Source: an uncultured Bifidobacteriaceae bacterium (GTDB lineage Bacteria; Acidobacteriota; Vicinamibacteria; Vicinamibacterales; JAMQPK01). Taken from it: a DNA stretch of 64,000 nt. The DNA lies in assembly GCA_964356125.1 (NCBI GenBank), contig CAYHHH010000002.1, forward strand, positions 12,755 through 76,754, given 5' to 3'. A program made the translations under genes and the position numbers. Of the stretch, positions 45,151 to 54,194 are shown in pieces (the first letter of the stretch is position 1; the number at the start of each line of letters is the position of its first letter). The notes beneath the pieces are model-generated. The model saw nothing but the letters and a program-made list of their open reading frames with translations, was not told the origin of the DNA and searched no databases.

Positions 45151-47259
45151 GTGGGCGGGTGGAAACCGACCGGACGAGCGGACGGCTGGAGCGCGCGCCT
45201 GTCCCGCGTCGCCGGCACCGGCCTCGTGTTCCTGAGCGCGAGCGGCCTGGCCATCACGTTCGGCCCGTTCCATCCCGTCGTGCAATGGGCCCTGTTGGTG
45301 CACGCGGCAGTCGGAGCGATCCTCGCCGCGCCGCTGGCGTGGTACACGGCGGTGCACTGGCTCGACTATCGCCGCTTCCAGATGAGCCACATCGTGCTGC
45401 TCGGCTACGTCGCCGCGGTGGCGCTCGTCGCGTGCGTCGCCTCCGGACTCGTCGTGACATGGCAGGGCATCTTCGGCATCCGCACGTCGTGGGCGTGGCG
45501 ACAGGTGCATCTCGTCTCGACTTTCGTCATGCTTGGGGCCGCCTTGCCGCACGTCGTCCTGCTGGCCGTGCGAGTCTGGCGCGCGCTACTCACGCCGCGG
45601 CGGTACACGTGGCAGGTGCTCGGGGCGTCCGCCGCGCTCACCGCCGTGACCGCTGGCCTTCCCGGCATCTACGCCGGCACGCGCTACGTCAACGAGTTCC
45701 CGTCCGACTACGTCTTCCTCCACGGCAAGGATCGCCCGTTCGCGCCAAGCCTCGCGAAGACGGCGACGGGCGGCGCCTACGACGCCCGGTCGCTCGCCGG
45801 CTCTGAGGGCTGCGGGACGGCCGGCTGCCACCGCCAGATCGTCGAGGAGTGGCGACCGAGTGCCCACAGGTACGCCGCGATGGACCCGCTCTTCCAGGGC
45901 ATCCAAACCGTCATGGCGAAGCAGAACGGCGCGGAATCGACACGTTACTGCGGCGGCTGCCACGATCCCATCTCTCTCTTCTCTGGCACCAAGAACATCT
46001 TCGTGAAGGACCTCACGAATCTGCTGGGCTATCAGGAGGGCGTCTCCTGCCTGGCGTGCCACGGCATCCGGAAGACCGACGTGAAGGGCAATGCCGATTT
46101 CACCGTGGCGCAACCGCGCGAGTACCTCTGGCAGTGGAACGACACCGGTGCCCCGCGGGTGGCTCGCGATTTCCTGATCCGTACCTATCCCGACGAGCAC
46201 GCCGGGCTCAGCAAGCGGCTGTTCAAATCGCCTGAGTACTGCGCGGCCTGCCACAAACAGTTCATCGACGAGCAGGTGAACAGGGTTGGGTGGGTGCAGC
46301 TGCAGAACCAGTACGACAACTGGGCCAACAGCCACTGGAACACGAAGGGCGATCCCCGCAAGACGGTCGAGTGCCGTGAGTGCCATATGCCGCTGGTGGA
46401 GTCGACCGATCCGGCGGCGGGTGACGCCAGCGACTACAACCGCCAACCCGGTGACCGCAAACACCGAAGCCATCGGTTCATCGCGTCGAACCAGCTCGTG
46501 CCCGCGCTGCTCAAGCTGCCTGGATGGCAGGAGCAGGTCCGCCTGACGGAGCAGTGGATGCAGGGTGAGCGGGAGGTGCCGGAGATCGCCTCGAAGTGGG
46601 CGCGCGGTCCCATCGTAACGATAGGGCTCGAGCTCGGGACCGCACGGCCCGGCGCGGCATCTGTTCCGCTGCGCGTCGTGATGGCCTCGAATAAGGTCGG
46701 GCACGACTATCCGACCGGCCCGCTCGATATCATCCAGAGCTGGGTGGAGATCTCTGTGACCGACGGCCAGAAGCGCACCGTGTTCTCGTCGGGCGCGCGC
46801 GACGACCGGCATTTCCTCGCAGCGGGGACGACGTTGTTCAAAGCCGAGCCGGTCGATCAGCATGGCAATCTCATCGATCGCCACAATCTCTGGGAGATGG
46901 TGGGCGTGCGCTTCCGGCGCTCGCTGTTCCCTGGCTACTCCGACACGTTCGAGTACCAAGTGCCGTGTCTGCTCCCCGGCGAGTCCGCGGCCGCGCCGCG
47001 GAAGGACGGCGCGAGCCAGCCCGACCACCGCGACTTCAGCATGCCGCTCCGGACCGGGCGCTACCGCGTCGAAGCCGCCCTCAATTACCGCAAGGTCGAT
47101 CAGTTCCTGGTCAACTACCTGCTGGGCGAGCAGTCGGGAGTCACCGCGCCAGTCGTCCAGATTGCGCGCGTCGGGGCGTGGCTCGATGTGGCGCCGCCCA
47201 CGCGGGAAGGCCGGCCCGTGGTCCGCCTGGTCCACGACGCCACCCGGGGAGGTAAATGA
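45151..47259 (+). CDS. Membrane-anchored pentaheme c-type cytochrome with N-terminal 4-TM His-containing (b-type/DUF4405-like) domain
   Basis: GTG 45151 lies 6 nt after GAAGGAGG. Four hydrophobic helices carry His residues (FGPFHPVVQWALLVHAAVG, WRQVHLVSTFVMLGAALPHVV). Five CxxCH motifs: CGTAGCH, CGGCH, CLACH, CAACH, CRECH. Confidence 0.8.
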   Translation: MGGWKPTGRADGWSARLSRVAGTGLVFLSASGLAITFGPFHPVVQWALLVHAAVGAILAAPLAWYTAVHWLDYRRFQMSHIVLLGYVAAVALVACVASGLVVTWQGIFGIRTSWAWRQVHLVSTFVMLGAALPHVVLLAVRVWRALLTPRRYTWQVLGASAALTAVTAGLPGIYAGTRYVNEFPSDYVFLHGKDRPFAPSLAKTATGGAYDARSLAGSEGCGTAGCHRQIVEEWRPSAHRYAAMDPLFQGIQTVMAKQNGAESTRYCGGCHDPISLFSGTKNIFVKDLTNLLGYQEGVSCLACHGIRKTDVKGNADFTVAQPREYLWQWNDTGAPRVARDFLIRTYPDEHAGLSKRLFKSPEYCAACHKQFIDEQVNRVGWVQLQNQYDNWANSHWNTKGDPRKTVECRECHMPLVESTDPAAGDASDYNRQPGDRKHRSHRFIASNQLVPALLKLPGWQEQVRLTEQWMQGEREVPEIASKWARGPIVTIGLELGTARPGAASVPLRVVMASNKVGHDYPTGPLDIIQSWVEISVTDGQKRTVFSSGARDDRHFLAAGTTLFKAEPVDQHGNLIDRHNLWEMVGVRFRRSLFPGYSDTFEYQVPCLLPGESAAAPRKDGASQPDHRDFSMPLRTGRYRVEAALNYRKVDQFLVNYLLGEQSGVTAPVVQIARVGAWLDVAPPTREGRPVVRLVHDATRGGK

Positions 47260-49865
47260 GCGCGATTCGGGGCCTGAGCCGTCGTCGGCGGCAGTTGCTG
47301 GCCACCGCGGTCACGCTCATCGCTGCCATCGCGGTCGCGGCAACGATGCTGGTTCGGCACTACCGTTCCGGCGCTGCGGCCACGTACCGACCAGGCGAAG
47401 AGAACGCCGACATCACCAACTCGCTGGCGCGAGGGTTGCCCGCCGACGCGCCCATGCCGCGCTTCGTCGACGTCACGGAGGAGGCGGGACTCAGCGGATT
47501 CCGCGTCTTCCAGGGCGCCCGCGCATCCCAGTTGCCCGAGGACATGGGCTCGGGCGCCGCGTGGGGGGACTTCGACAACGACGGCGACGACGACCTGTTC
47601 CTGGTGAGCGCGGGGGCCGCGCTGGCGGCGCCGCCCGGCGAGCGCGCCCCCAGCCAGCTGTTCGAGAATGTCGAGGATGGGCGTTTCCGGCTCGTGGCCG
47701 ATTTCCCGGACACCCGCATCATCGGGATGGGCGCGGCATGGGGCGACGTGAATGGCGATGGCTGGCTCGATCTCGTCGTTACGGGCTACGGCACCATTCT
47801 GCTGTTCAGGAATACGAGCGGCCACTTTGCCGTGGATGTGCGGTTCGCGTCGCCGGCGGGCTTCTGGACGGGTGCGGCCTTTGGCGACTACGACCGGGAC
47901 GGCGACCTCGACCTGTATGTCTGCGGCTACGTGCAGTACCGCGAGGAGCCGGCCAACGGGTCGCGCCGGTCGCAGCACTACGGCGCGTCGGTGCCCTACA
48001 CGCTCAACCCGGCTTCGTACGAGCCCGAGCGCAATCTGCTCTTCCGAAACAACGGCAACGGCGTTTTCCGTGAAGTGGCGCACGCCCTCGGTGTCGACAA
48101 CCCCGAAGGCCGTAGCATGAGCGCCGTATGGCACGACTTCGACGGCGACGGCTGGCTCGATTTGTACGTGGCCAACGACATCTCGGACAACGTCATGTAC
48201 CGCAACGTTCGGGGACGGTTCGAGGACATCAGCCACGCGGCGTGGGTGGCTGACTACAGGGGTGCGATGGGGTTGGCCGTCGGCGACTGGAATCAGGACG
48301 GCGACGACGACCTGTTTGTGACCCATTGGGTGGCGCAGGAGAACGCGCTCTTCGATTCGCTGCTCGTCGACGCCGGCCGTCAACCGGCGGCGGGCCCCGC
48401 GGTCGGCGGTCAGGGTTCGGCATCACCGCTCCGGTTCGTCGACGCGGCCGACGCGGTGGGCCTCGGGCAGATCGCGCTCCCGATGGTCGGCTGGGGCGCC
48501 GAATTCGCCGACTTCGACGCTGACGGCTGGCTGGATCTCGTCGTCGCCAACGGCAGCACGTTCGAGACCGACACCGAGCCACGGCAGCTCAAGCCGCAGC
48601 TGCCGTTCCTCTTCTGGAACCGCCGTGGCGAACACTTCTACGACCTGGCGCCGCTCACGCCGGCGCTCGCGCGGCCTTCGGTGGCGCGCGGCCTGGCCGT
48701 CGCGGACTACGACCACGATGGCGATCTCGACATCCTCATGGTCCGGCGCGACGCCGGCGTGCAGTTGCTCAGCAACGGCATGCAGCGGGGGCATTGGCTG
48801 AAGCTGCAGCTGCGCAGCCGCGTGCCGGGCCGGCCGGAGGCATATGGCCGCGGGCTGGGTGCACAGGCCATCGCGTACCTGGGCCCAACCGAGGTCCGTC
48901 GCGCCGTGAGCCCCGCGTCGTACCTGTCACAGAGCAGCCCGGTGCTGCACTTCGGCCTCGGCGACAAGACCGGCATCGATCGGCTGGATATCAGGTGGGC
49001 GAGCGGCGCGACCGCCACATTCGGTGCGCTCGCGGCTGACCGCACCTGGGAGATCACTGAAGGCCAGGATGCCCCGCGGGAGGTGCCGCGCACGGCGACG
49101 TCGACCGCCTCACGGCGGATGCCGTCGATTCCCGCCGACGACAGGAGCCGAACCGTCGCTTTCTGGGCGAAGCAGCGCGAGGCCATGCAGGCATTGAAGG
49201 TGGACCGTGACGTCGCGCGAGCGGCGGTGCTGCTTCGCGAGGCGATCGCCCTCGATCCTGCGCACGAGGATACTCGCTACTACCTCGCCAGCTCCCTGGC
49301 GACGCTGGGCGACGTGCCAGGTGCGCTCGCCGAACTGGAGACCCTGACCCGGTTGAACCCGAGCAGCCATCGCGCGCTCGCGCGCTGGGGTGCGTTGCGT
49401 GCGCAGACGGCCCGCGGGACGGCGGATCTCTTCGCCGCCGAGACATCCCTGCAGCGGGCTCACGATCTGAACCCCGAAGAAACGGGTGCGCTGCTGGCTC
49501 TTGGCGAGATCTCACTGCTGCTGGGCGACCGCACGCGTGCCGAGCAACGGCTCGGCGCCGTGTGCGCGGCCAACCCCCGCGCGGCGGGGGGGTTGTTCCT
49601 GCTCGGGTACCTGCACTGGACGCGCGGCGACGAGCAGCATGCGACGGAACTGCTGGCTCGGACGCGCGCGGCGCTCGGGAACGACTGGAAGCCGCGCGGC
49701 TCGACCTCCGAGGGCGACGTCGCGCGGAAGACCCACGAGGACACGACGCCGCTGGCGCCGTTCCTCGATGGCTGGAACGACAGCCGACGCCCGGCGGACG
49801 CCTACCGGGATCTGGATCGGCACCTGCGTCGCGTGTCAGATGGAGAGTCGCGACGTCCTAGATGA
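47256..49865 (+). CDS. CRTAC1-family protein: TM anchor + FG-GAP/VCBS repeats + ASPIC/UnbV domain + C-terminal TPR
   Basis: ATGA overlap with the upstream cytochrome, with GGGGAGG upstream. Repeated GDFDNDGDDDL, GDVNGDGWLDL, GDYDRDGDLDL, HDFDGDGWLDL and ADFDADGWLDL. UnbV-like RRAVSPASYLSQSSPVLHFGLGD. TPR-like C-terminus. Confidence 0.88.
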   Translation: MSAIRGLSRRRRQLLATAVTLIAAIAVAATMLVRHYRSGAAATYRPGEENADITNSLARGLPADAPMPRFVDVTEEAGLSGFRVFQGARASQLPEDMGSGAAWGDFDNDGDDDLFLVSAGAALAAPPGERAPSQLFENVEDGRFRLVADFPDTRIIGMGAAWGDVNGDGWLDLVVTGYGTILLFRNTSGHFAVDVRFASPAGFWTGAAFGDYDRDGDLDLYVCGYVQYREEPANGSRRSQHYGASVPYTLNPASYEPERNLLFRNNGNGVFREVAHALGVDNPEGRSMSAVWHDFDGDGWLDLYVANDISDNVMYRNVRGRFEDISHAAWVADYRGAMGLAVGDWNQDGDDDLFVTHWVAQENALFDSLLVDAGRQPAAGPAVGGQGSASPLRFVDAADAVGLGQIALPMVGWGAEFADFDADGWLDLVVANGSTFETDTEPRQLKPQLPFLFWNRRGEHFYDLAPLTPALARPSVARGLAVADYDHDGDLDILMVRRDAGVQLLSNGMQRGHWLKLQLRSRVPGRPEAYGRGLGAQAIAYLGPTEVRRAVSPASYLSQSSPVLHFGLGDKTGIDRLDIRWASGATATFGALAADRTWEITEGQDAPREVPRTATSTASRRMPSIPADDRSRTVAFWAKQREAMQALKVDRDVARAAVLLREAIALDPAHEDTRYYLASSLATLGDVPGALAELETLTRLNPSSHRALARWGALRAQTARGTADLFAAETSLQRAHDLNPEETGALLALGEISLLLGDRTRAEQRLGAVCAANPRAAGGLFLLGYLHWTRGDEQHATELLARTRAALGNDWKPRGSTSEGDVARKTHEDTTPLAPFLDGWNDSRRPADAYRDLDRHLRRVSDGESRRPR

Positions 49866-49973
49866 TGGGACGCCCACGCAGTCGCGCCGCCGGCGCGCGT
49901 GCTCAAGCCCTGGGGCCGCCACCATTTGGCGCGCGGTTCGGGCTTTAGTGGGAACCCCTGCTATTATCTCGGC

Positions 49974-50852
49974 GTGAATAAAGCCTCTTCGACGCGCAAG
50001 ACACGTCCCGAGCCGCCGGCCTCCCGCTATCGGGTGCAGGTGCTCGATCGAACCATCGCGGTCTTGCAGGCGGTCGCCGATTCCGAAACGGATCTGCCGG
50101 CCGCCGACATCGCGCGGCAGCTTCGCCTGCACAAGAGCACGGTGCACCGGCTGCTGGTCGTCCTCGAGTCGTACCGGCTCATCAAGAAAGGCCCGGAGGG
50201 CGCCTACGGCCTGGGCACGCGGCTGATTGAGCTGGGCGAGTGCGCGATCGCCCGCCTCAAGCTCAGCGAATACGCCGAGCCGCATCTGCGCACGCTCGCC
50301 GACCGGACCGGGGAGGGCGCGCACGTCACGATCCTGAACGGCACCGAGCTGCTGTCGATCGCGCACGTCGAGGGGCGATGGGCCCTGCATTCGCTCACGA
50401 GAACCGGCCAGCGCACGGAGATTCATTCCACCGCCGCGGGAAAAGCCGTGCTCGCGTTCCTGTCAGCAGAGGCGTGCGACGACCTGCTTGCGCGGCTGAC
50501 GCTGAAGCGCAAGACGCGTCGCACGATCGTGAAGCCGTCGGCGATGAAGCTGGAGCTGATGCGCGTGCGCAACCTCGGGTACGCGGTCGACGACGAGGAA
50601 TTCGAGGAGGGGCTGCGGTGCGTCAGCGCCCCGATTTTCGATCACCGCGGCCACGTGGTCGCGTCGCTCAGCATGGCCGCGCCGGTCTTTCGTCTGCGCA
50701 AGGAGCAGGTGCCGCAGGTGGCCAGGCTCGTCGTCGCCGCCGCGCAGGGGCTGTCGGACGACCTGGGGCGCCGGAACCCCAACCAAGGGAAGCGCGGCGC
50801 CGTGGCCAGGGTGGCGCCGGCGCGCGCGAAAGGGCGCCGTCTCACATCGTGA
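49974..50852 (+). CDS. IclR-family transcriptional regulator
   Basis: YRVQVLDRTIAVLQAVADSETDLPAADIARQLRLHKSTVHRLLVVLESYRLI (wHTH), followed by an IclR effector domain (GYAVDDEEFEEGLRCVSAPIFD). Start uncertain: GTG 49974 (6 nt after TATTAT, possibly leaderless) or GTG 49899. Confidence 0.85.
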   Translation: MNKASSTRKTRPEPPASRYRVQVLDRTIAVLQAVADSETDLPAADIARQLRLHKSTVHRLLVVLESYRLIKKGPEGAYGLGTRLIELGECAIARLKLSEYAEPHLRTLADRTGEGAHVTILNGTELLSIAHVEGRWALHSLTRTGQRTEIHSTAAGKAVLAFLSAEACDDLLARLTLKRKTRRTIVKPSAMKLELMRVRNLGYAVDDEEFEEGLRCVSAPIFDHRGHVVASLSMAAPVFRLRKEQVPQVARLVVAAAQGLSDDLGRRNPNQGKRGAVARVAPARAKGRRLTS

Positions 50853-50909
50853 TATCTGGTATCGCGATCGTGAAACCCTGAGGCATAATAGCGGCTCACA
50901 TCTGCATGT

Positions 50910-50958
50910 GTAGGGCTCGTTCGTAGGGCTCGTTCGTAGGGCTCAACTTAAGTTGAGC
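50910..50958. repeat. 13-mer tandem repeat (GTAGGGCTCGTTC x2 + GTAGGGCTCAAC) merging into a perfect 18-bp palindrome GCTCAACTTAAGTTGAGC (50941-50958)
   Basis: Direct reading and a reverse-complement check. Intergenic, between the IclR gene and the small ORF/MFS gene. Confidence 0.85.
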
Positions 50959-50988
50959 ACTACCGCATGAGCACTACCCGGAGGCGCC

Positions 50989-51168
50989 ATGTCGCGATTA
51001 CTCGTGTACCCGTCCGGCGAAGAGAAAACCGTGCTGCGCGTGCCGAACTACCGGTTCGACTGGCAGGTCGGGTACGAGCTGGCGGAGCCGCTCGATCTTC
51101 CCAAGGGGACCAGGTTCAAGACCGGCGCGCACCTTCGGGACCCCGAGCCGAGTCGAGGGGCCTGCTGA
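50989..51168 (+). pseudogene. 59-codon ORF resembling a C-terminal fragment of a larger redox-enzyme domain (copper-monooxygenase-C-like / TlpA-associated)
   Basis: ATG after CCGGAGG. MSRLLVYPSGEEKTVLRVPNYRFDWQVGYELAEPLDLPKGTRFKTGAHLRDPEPSRGAC. GC3-rich. Its TGA directly abuts ATG 51169. The pattern (DFxWQ..Y....P..LPKGT) is recalled from memory and was not searched. Confidence 0.3.
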
Positions 51169-52425
51169 ATGAAGAAGCAGAAGCTGTTCGTCGCCAGTTG
51201 CCTGTCCATCGCGACGGCGTCGATGGTGTTTGCCATCCGCGGCGACGTCGCCGGGGCGCTGAGCCAGTCGTTCCACATCACCAACGAGCAGATGGGGCTC
51301 GTGTTCAGCCCGGCGTTCTGGGCGTTCACGATCGCCATCTTCATCAGCGGCAACCTGGTCGACATCGTCGGCATGCGCCGGCTGCACATCATGTCGGCGC
51401 TCGGCTTCATCGTCGGTGTGGCGCTCATCGTGCTCGCTCCGCGGCCGATCGAGCCGGTGGTGTCGCTGTTCGATCACACGGGCACGACGCTGCTGTACGC
51501 GGGCTTCTTCATGCTGGGTATCTCGCATGGGCTCGTCGAGGGGGTCATCAACCCGCTGATGGCCTCGCTCTACCCGGACGAAAAAACCAGGCGCATCACC
51601 TCTGTTCACGCCTGGTGGCCGGCAGGGCTCGTCATCGGCGGCCTGCTCGCCATCCTGATGAGCAACTTCGGGATCGGCTGGCAGTTGAAGCTCGGCCTCA
51701 TCCTCGTGCCCGCGATCATCTATCTCGTCATGGCGCTGTCGGTCAGCTATCCCGTGACCGAGCGCGTGACGTCGAACGTGTCCACCGGCACCATGTGGAA
51801 GGAAGCGACGCGCCCGCTCTTTCTTCTGCTGCTCGTGTGCATGTGCATGACGGCGGCGGTCGAGATGGGGCCGGACCAGTGGTTCCCCCGCGTGATGGGC
51901 GAGCTCGTGCCGCAGTTGAGCCCTGAACGGGGCAGCGGCGTGTTCTTTCTCGTGTATACGGGCGGGCTGATGTTCGTGCTCCGCATGTGGGGCAGCAACG
52001 TCACGCACAAGTCTCCGGTCGGGACGATGATTGTCAGCTCGCTGCTGAGTGCCGTCGGCCTGTACTGGCTGGGCGCGCTCGATGGCACGTCGAGCGCGGC
52101 CGTCGCGCTCATCGCCGCGACGCTCTTCGGCATCGGCAAGACGTTCCTGTGGCCGACGATGATCGGCATCACCGCTGAACAGTTTCCGCGCGGCGGCGCG
52201 CTGCTGCTGTCGATCATGGGGGGCACCGGCCTGCTCTCGGTGGCCATCGTGCTGCCGATCATGGGCGCGCGGATGGATCAGTACGGCCCGGGCGCCGCGC
52301 TGCAGATGGTGGCCGCGCTCGGCGCCATCCTGACTGTCATCTTCATCGGGCTCTGGCTGTACTTCCGTTCGCGGGGCGGATATCGCGCGGTCGCCATTAC
52401 TGAAGGCATTAAGAAGGTCGCGTAG
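51169..52425 (+). CDS. MFS transporter (sugar/H+ symporter-like)
   Basis: 418 aa with about 12 hydrophobic segments. N-terminus MKKQKLFVASCLSIATASMVFAIRGDVAG. Confidence 0.8.
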   Translation: MKKQKLFVASCLSIATASMVFAIRGDVAGALSQSFHITNEQMGLVFSPAFWAFTIAIFISGNLVDIVGMRRLHIMSALGFIVGVALIVLAPRPIEPVVSLFDHTGTTLLYAGFFMLGISHGLVEGVINPLMASLYPDEKTRRITSVHAWWPAGLVIGGLLAILMSNFGIGWQLKLGLILVPAIIYLVMALSVSYPVTERVTSNVSTGTMWKEATRPLFLLLLVCMCMTAAVEMGPDQWFPRVMGELVPQLSPERGSGVFFLVYTGGLMFVLRMWGSNVTHKSPVGTMIVSSLLSAVGLYWLGALDGTSSAAVALIAATLFGIGKTFLWPTMIGITAEQFPRGGALLLSIMGGTGLLSVAIVLPIMGARMDQYGPGAALQMVAALGAILTVIFIGLWLYFRSRGGYRAVAITEGIKKVA

Positions 52426-52442
52426 GGGATCGCCGGCTGCTC

Positions 52443-54194
52443 ATGAACACGCGGTTCTGGGTTCTTGGTTCGGCGGTTCTGGGGTCCTGGTTCTGGGTTC
52501 ATGGTGCGAGTGTGTTCGCACAACTCGGTCCGGCGCGGGCCCGCACGCAAACGGCCGCGTACGAGTTGACCGATGGCCGCACGATCGAGGGCATCCCTCT
52601 CAATCACGAGCGCGCCGACGATGTGCAGCTGCGCACGGCGGCGGGCCCGGTTCTCCTGCTCAGGAAATCGGGCGATCGGTATCGCGTGGTCACCTCCACG
52701 GTCGACTGGCCGAGCTACGACGGCTCGACAACCGGTAATCGCTATACCGCGCTGACCCGGATCGACAAATCGAATGTCGGACGGCTGGCGCCCAGGTGGA
52801 TCTACGCGATACCGACATCAGTGCGTCTGCAAACGACGCCGGTGGTCGTGGGCGGCTTGATGTATGTCACCAGCGCCAACGAATGCTATGCGCTCGACGC
52901 CGGCAACGGCCGCGAGGTCTGGCGCTTTCAGCGGCCGCGCACGAAAGGCCTCGTCGGCAACGCGGCCGGCGGTATCAATCGCGGCGTTGCGATCGCGGGC
53001 GAGCGTCTGTTCATGGTCACCGACCACGCGCATCTGATCGCGCTGAATCGGTTTACGGGCGAGCTGCTGTGGGACATGGTGATGGCCGACTGGCAGCAGA
53101 ACTACAACGCCACGTCGGCGCCCTTGATTGTCGGAGATTTGGTGATCGCCGGCACCGCCGGCGGCGAGCAGGGCGTGCGCGGGTTTCTCGCGGCCTACGA
53201 TCAGGCGACCGGACGCGAAGCGTGGCGATTCTGGACGGTGCCGAAGCCAGGTGAACCTGGATCGGAAACATGGAAGGGCACAGGCATCGAACATCCGGGC
53301 GGCGTCACCTGGATGACCGGCGTGTACGATCCAGCGCTCGACCTCGTCTACTGGACGACCGGCAATCCCAGTCCGGATTACAACGGCGACGAGCGATTGG
53401 GCGACAATCTGTACGCGAGCTCGGTCGTCGCGCTCGATGCGCGCAGCGGCCGCTTGAAGTGGCACTTCCAGTTCACGCCACACAACGTGTGGGATTGGGA
53501 CGCACAGCAGCCCACCGTGCTCGTCGATACGACATGGGAAGGGCGCCCGCGAAAGCTTCTTGTTCAGGCGAGCCGCAACGGGTTCTTCTACGTGCTCGAC
53601 CGCACCGACGGGAAATTTCTGCTCGCGAAGCCGTTCGTCAACAACCTGACCTGGGCGCGCGAAATCGGATCGGGCGGCCGGCCGGTGCTGGTGCCGGGGC
53701 AGGAGCCCAGTCCCGAAGGCACGCGCGTCTGTCCGTCGGCGCACGGCGCGGCGAACTGGTACTCGACGTCATACAGCCCGCAGACCGGGCTGTATTACGT
53801 GCAGACCCTCGAGAACTGCAATGTGTTCGTCAAGTTCGTCAGCGAATGGGCCGCGGGAAACGCGTACTGGGGCGGCTCCACGCGGCAGGCCGAAGATGCA
53901 CCGAATCAGAAAATTCTTCGCGCCATCGACGTGAAGACCGGGAAGATCGCGTGGGAACTGCCGCAGACGGGCCCCGGGGCCGCGCGCGGCGGAACGCTGG
54001 CCACGGCGAGCGGCCTGCTGTTCTTCTGCGACGACCAGGATCGATTTGCCGCCGTCGACGCGGCAACCGGAAAACCGCTCTGGCAATTCGGGATGAACAG
54101 CGTGTGGCGGGCGTCACCGATGACGTACGAGTTCGACGGAAGGCAGCACATCGCCATCGCATCGGGGTCGAACATCATCGCGTTTGGTTTGTGA
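52443..54194 (+). CDS. PQQ-type quinoprotein alcohol-dehydrogenase-family beta-propeller (no heme domain)
   Basis: 583 aa. NRYTALTRIDKSNVGRLAPRWIY..LQTTPVVVGGLMYVTSANECYALDAGNGREVWRF and later blades are typical of the methanol/ethanol DH family. The N-terminal hydrophobic core is encoded by a heptamer array. Confidence 0.85.
   Translation: MNTRFWVLGSAVLGSWFWVHGASVFAQLGPARARTQTAAYELTDGRTIEGIPLNHERADDVQLRTAAGPVLLLRKSGDRYRVVTSTVDWPSYDGSTTGNRYTALTRIDKSNVGRLAPRWIYAIPTSVRLQTTPVVVGGLMYVTSANECYALDAGNGREVWRFQRPRTKGLVGNAAGGINRGVAIAGERLFMVTDHAHLIALNRFTGELLWDMVMADWQQNYNATSAPLIVGDLVIAGTAGGEQGVRGFLAAYDQATGREAWRFWTVPKPGEPGSETWKGTGIEHPGGVTWMTGVYDPALDLVYWTTGNPSPDYNGDERLGDNLYASSVVALDARSGRLKWHFQFTPHNVWDWDAQQPTVLVDTTWEGRPRKLLVQASRNGFFYVLDRTDGKFLLAKPFVNNLTWAREIGSGGRPVLVPGQEPSPEGTRVCPSAHGAANWYSTSYSPQTGLYYVQTLENCNVFVKFVSEWAAGNAYWGGSTRQAEDAPNQKILRAIDVKTGKIAWELPQTGPGAARGGTLATASGLLFFCDDQDRFAAVDAATGKPLWQFGMNSVWRASPMTYEFDGRQHIAIASGSNIIAFGL
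52453..52509 (+). repeat. Heptanucleotide tandem array (GGTTCTG x ~8, one 1-nt interruption)
   Basis: GGTTCTG GGTTCTT GGTTCGG c GGTTCTG GGGTCCT GGTTCTG GGTTCAT GGTGCGA. It lies within codons 4-23 of ORF 52443. Confidence 0.9.
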
